DNA of 64,000 bases from assembly GCA_040954595.2 (NCBI GenBank), contig CM082593.2, positions 7,414,043 to 7,478,042 of the forward strand, read 5' to 3'. Numbering within the stretch: the first letter of the stretch is position 1; every line of letters begins with the position of its first letter. Origin of the DNA: Balanoglossus misakiensis. Taxonomy: Eukaryota; Animalia; Hemichordata. Of the stretch, positions 62,219-64,000 are shown piece after piece. Under the pieces are notes generated by a model. That model had not been told where the DNA came from. It searched no databases and saw only the letters and a list, made by a program, of their open reading frames with translations. The position numbers and the translations under genes are program-made.

Positions 62219-63865
62219 TTTCAAATCAGGTGGTCGATCCAGATTCGGAACACAAAAAATAATTTGACAGCTAGTGCAAAGTATTGCCCTGCAGTCGAAA
62301 GACAGAGTGAGGCCCGGGCAAACATTCGGTGCGTGGATTTCAACCACAGAGGATACAATCTATACTCCTTCCACACAGATAAGATAAGACAGTTCAAAAT
62401 CTTAAGATTTAGTTCAGAAGCATTGAAGTTTTATGCTAACTAGCCGTAACTTTACAAACAATTATTTTGTTATCTGTTTCAGGATAAGGAACATCTGATC
62501 TGATTCGTATTGAAAGGTGAGATTATTTAAACTGTGTCCTTTTTACATTGTACTTGTACTAAAAATACAGTTCACCAGGGAGTACACCAAGAAGGAGTTG
62601 ACTGAAATTTCTCATAAATTCTTTGAAAAATACTCAATACTCAATATAAACTTACAAACGTATATTGTCTTAAAATACTCTATGCAAGGTTATGATATCT
62701 GTGGGCGGAGGGATACATATTGACATTTTGCGCCCAATTTTAAACTGGCCACTTCACCCATGCTGTCACCGCGTATGTATCAAAAGCAAAGCCGTTGTCG
62801 CTTTGTAACCATGGCAACTCTCCCAACGCATAGTGTCCCAGGCTGTAATATAGTCGCAGTATCTGGGTATGGATGGAGAGGGGGGGGGGGGGGGTGTTCA
62901 ATTCACAATATCCAAAGTCCATGTTATTAGGTAATGTGTTTTATTGTCACAAAAATAGACTAATCCGCTTGAGCTATCTGTAACAGTTACATTCCGTAAC
63001 CTTCTTTTTAGATAGTTCCTAAAATAGGCTTATTCATTAAGCTATCGTCTAACGGATTTATATGCAGTCAGCTGTATCTTTTTCACCCTGGATAACTCTA
63101 CTATCAGGTTAGGTCAGAACAATGGGTATAAGACGAAGCATTGTATAGATATAAGTATTGATATTTTATTGTACTGCGTCATCATTAAGCAAATCATATA
63201 TAAAAAGTATTCTCACGAAATTGGGTTTCAAACAAAGTAAGTTCACATATCTGTATGTAGAACAGCTTAGAAGAAACGTTTAAAAGACTGAGAAAGACGG
63301 ATATAGAGACAGACACATAGGTAGTTTATAAAACTTACACGTGTATCGTTACAAAAACGTAACTTACGTTGTATGACCCTGAACGCTACTGGCTTTTGCA
63401 ACACGATCGATCATGATGGATTCATCATATCAAAGTGCGAGAACTTTCAACGAAACATACAGGGTCATATAATAGAATCGAGCGCAATACTTGCGCGGAT
63501 ATTTTCAAAATAGTAACTTTTGACAAACTTTGTCTAGAAAATAAATATGAACGAACGCTACTTGAAAGGAAAACTTTCAAAAATAAATATAAATAAATAA
63601 ACATATTAGTATGGCTTAATTTACGGACGGAGTTCCATAATTATAAAGCGTAGTGCTACTGAAAGTTTTTTAAACTATTTAAAAGTTAAAAAAAATATGT
63701 TGTATGTTTTAAATATTCCTATATAAAGTTCACAGTTTATGCGAATGCAAAATTGCTTCTATTATTTAAAATAAATATGAAAATGTACTTTTTACTCGGT
63801 TTCCGACTGAATTTGCGGACAGTATTTTTTATCCTACGTATATTTCAAAACCTTAAATTGCAAAT

Positions 63866-64000
63866 TTAAACTCTTTCTCTCCCGCAAGTACAAGCCACTG
63901 CCAGCTTCACTGTGGTCGGTTCGTAGACATAAAACCCGTCAGAGTCACAAGCGCTGGTTTTCACTAAGACTGTCAGGTCAGCCGTGGTTATCTTCTCACA
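63866..64000 (-). CDS. IL17: Interleukin-17 family cytokine, copy 2 (C-terminal part; the rest is outside the window)
   Basis: 63881-64000 matches copy 1 (~61073-61192) except for two synonymous changes. It encodes CEKITTADLTVLVKTSACDSDGFYVYEPTTVKLAVACTCGRERV* (TAA at 63866-63868). Confidence 0.9.
   Translation of the reverse strand, partial: CEKITTADLTVLVKTSACDSDGFYVYEPTTVKLAVACTCGRERV

Overview
This is intron-rich animal genomic DNA. The gene set and MITE content suggest a marine invertebrate, possibly a non-vertebrate deuterostome (inference only). Most entries in the supplied ORF track are single exons or noise, so I assembled genes by hand from GT-AG splice sites and frame continuity. 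In order: (1) the 5' part of a secreted proteinase-K/PCSK9-type S8 subtilase (- strand, runs off the left edge); (2) a 13-exon ABIN/TNIP1-like ubiquitin adaptor (- strand, ~769 aa) with a canonical UBAN, a second UBAN-like repeat and a NEMO/OPTN-type C-terminal zinc finger; (3) divergently transcribed from it, a complete 20-exon IKKalpha/beta kinase (+ strand, ~769 aa) with a NEMO-binding motif; (4) a 12-exon FYVE + armadillo-repeat gene (+ strand, ~470 aa); (5) two tandem IL-17 genes (- strand), the second cut by the right edge. The most notable feature is the physical clustering of an IL-17 ligand pair, IKK and an ABIN inhibitor, with kB, GAS and CLEAR motifs between the head-to-head ABIN and IKK genes. 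The introns hold many non-autonomous DNA transposons, including ~70-100 bp TAG...CTA hairpins with 9-10 bp target-site duplications (TSDs) and 19-26 bp CAT...ATG palindromes with 7 bp TSDs. I found no rRNA, tRNA, CRISPR array or transposase ORF.
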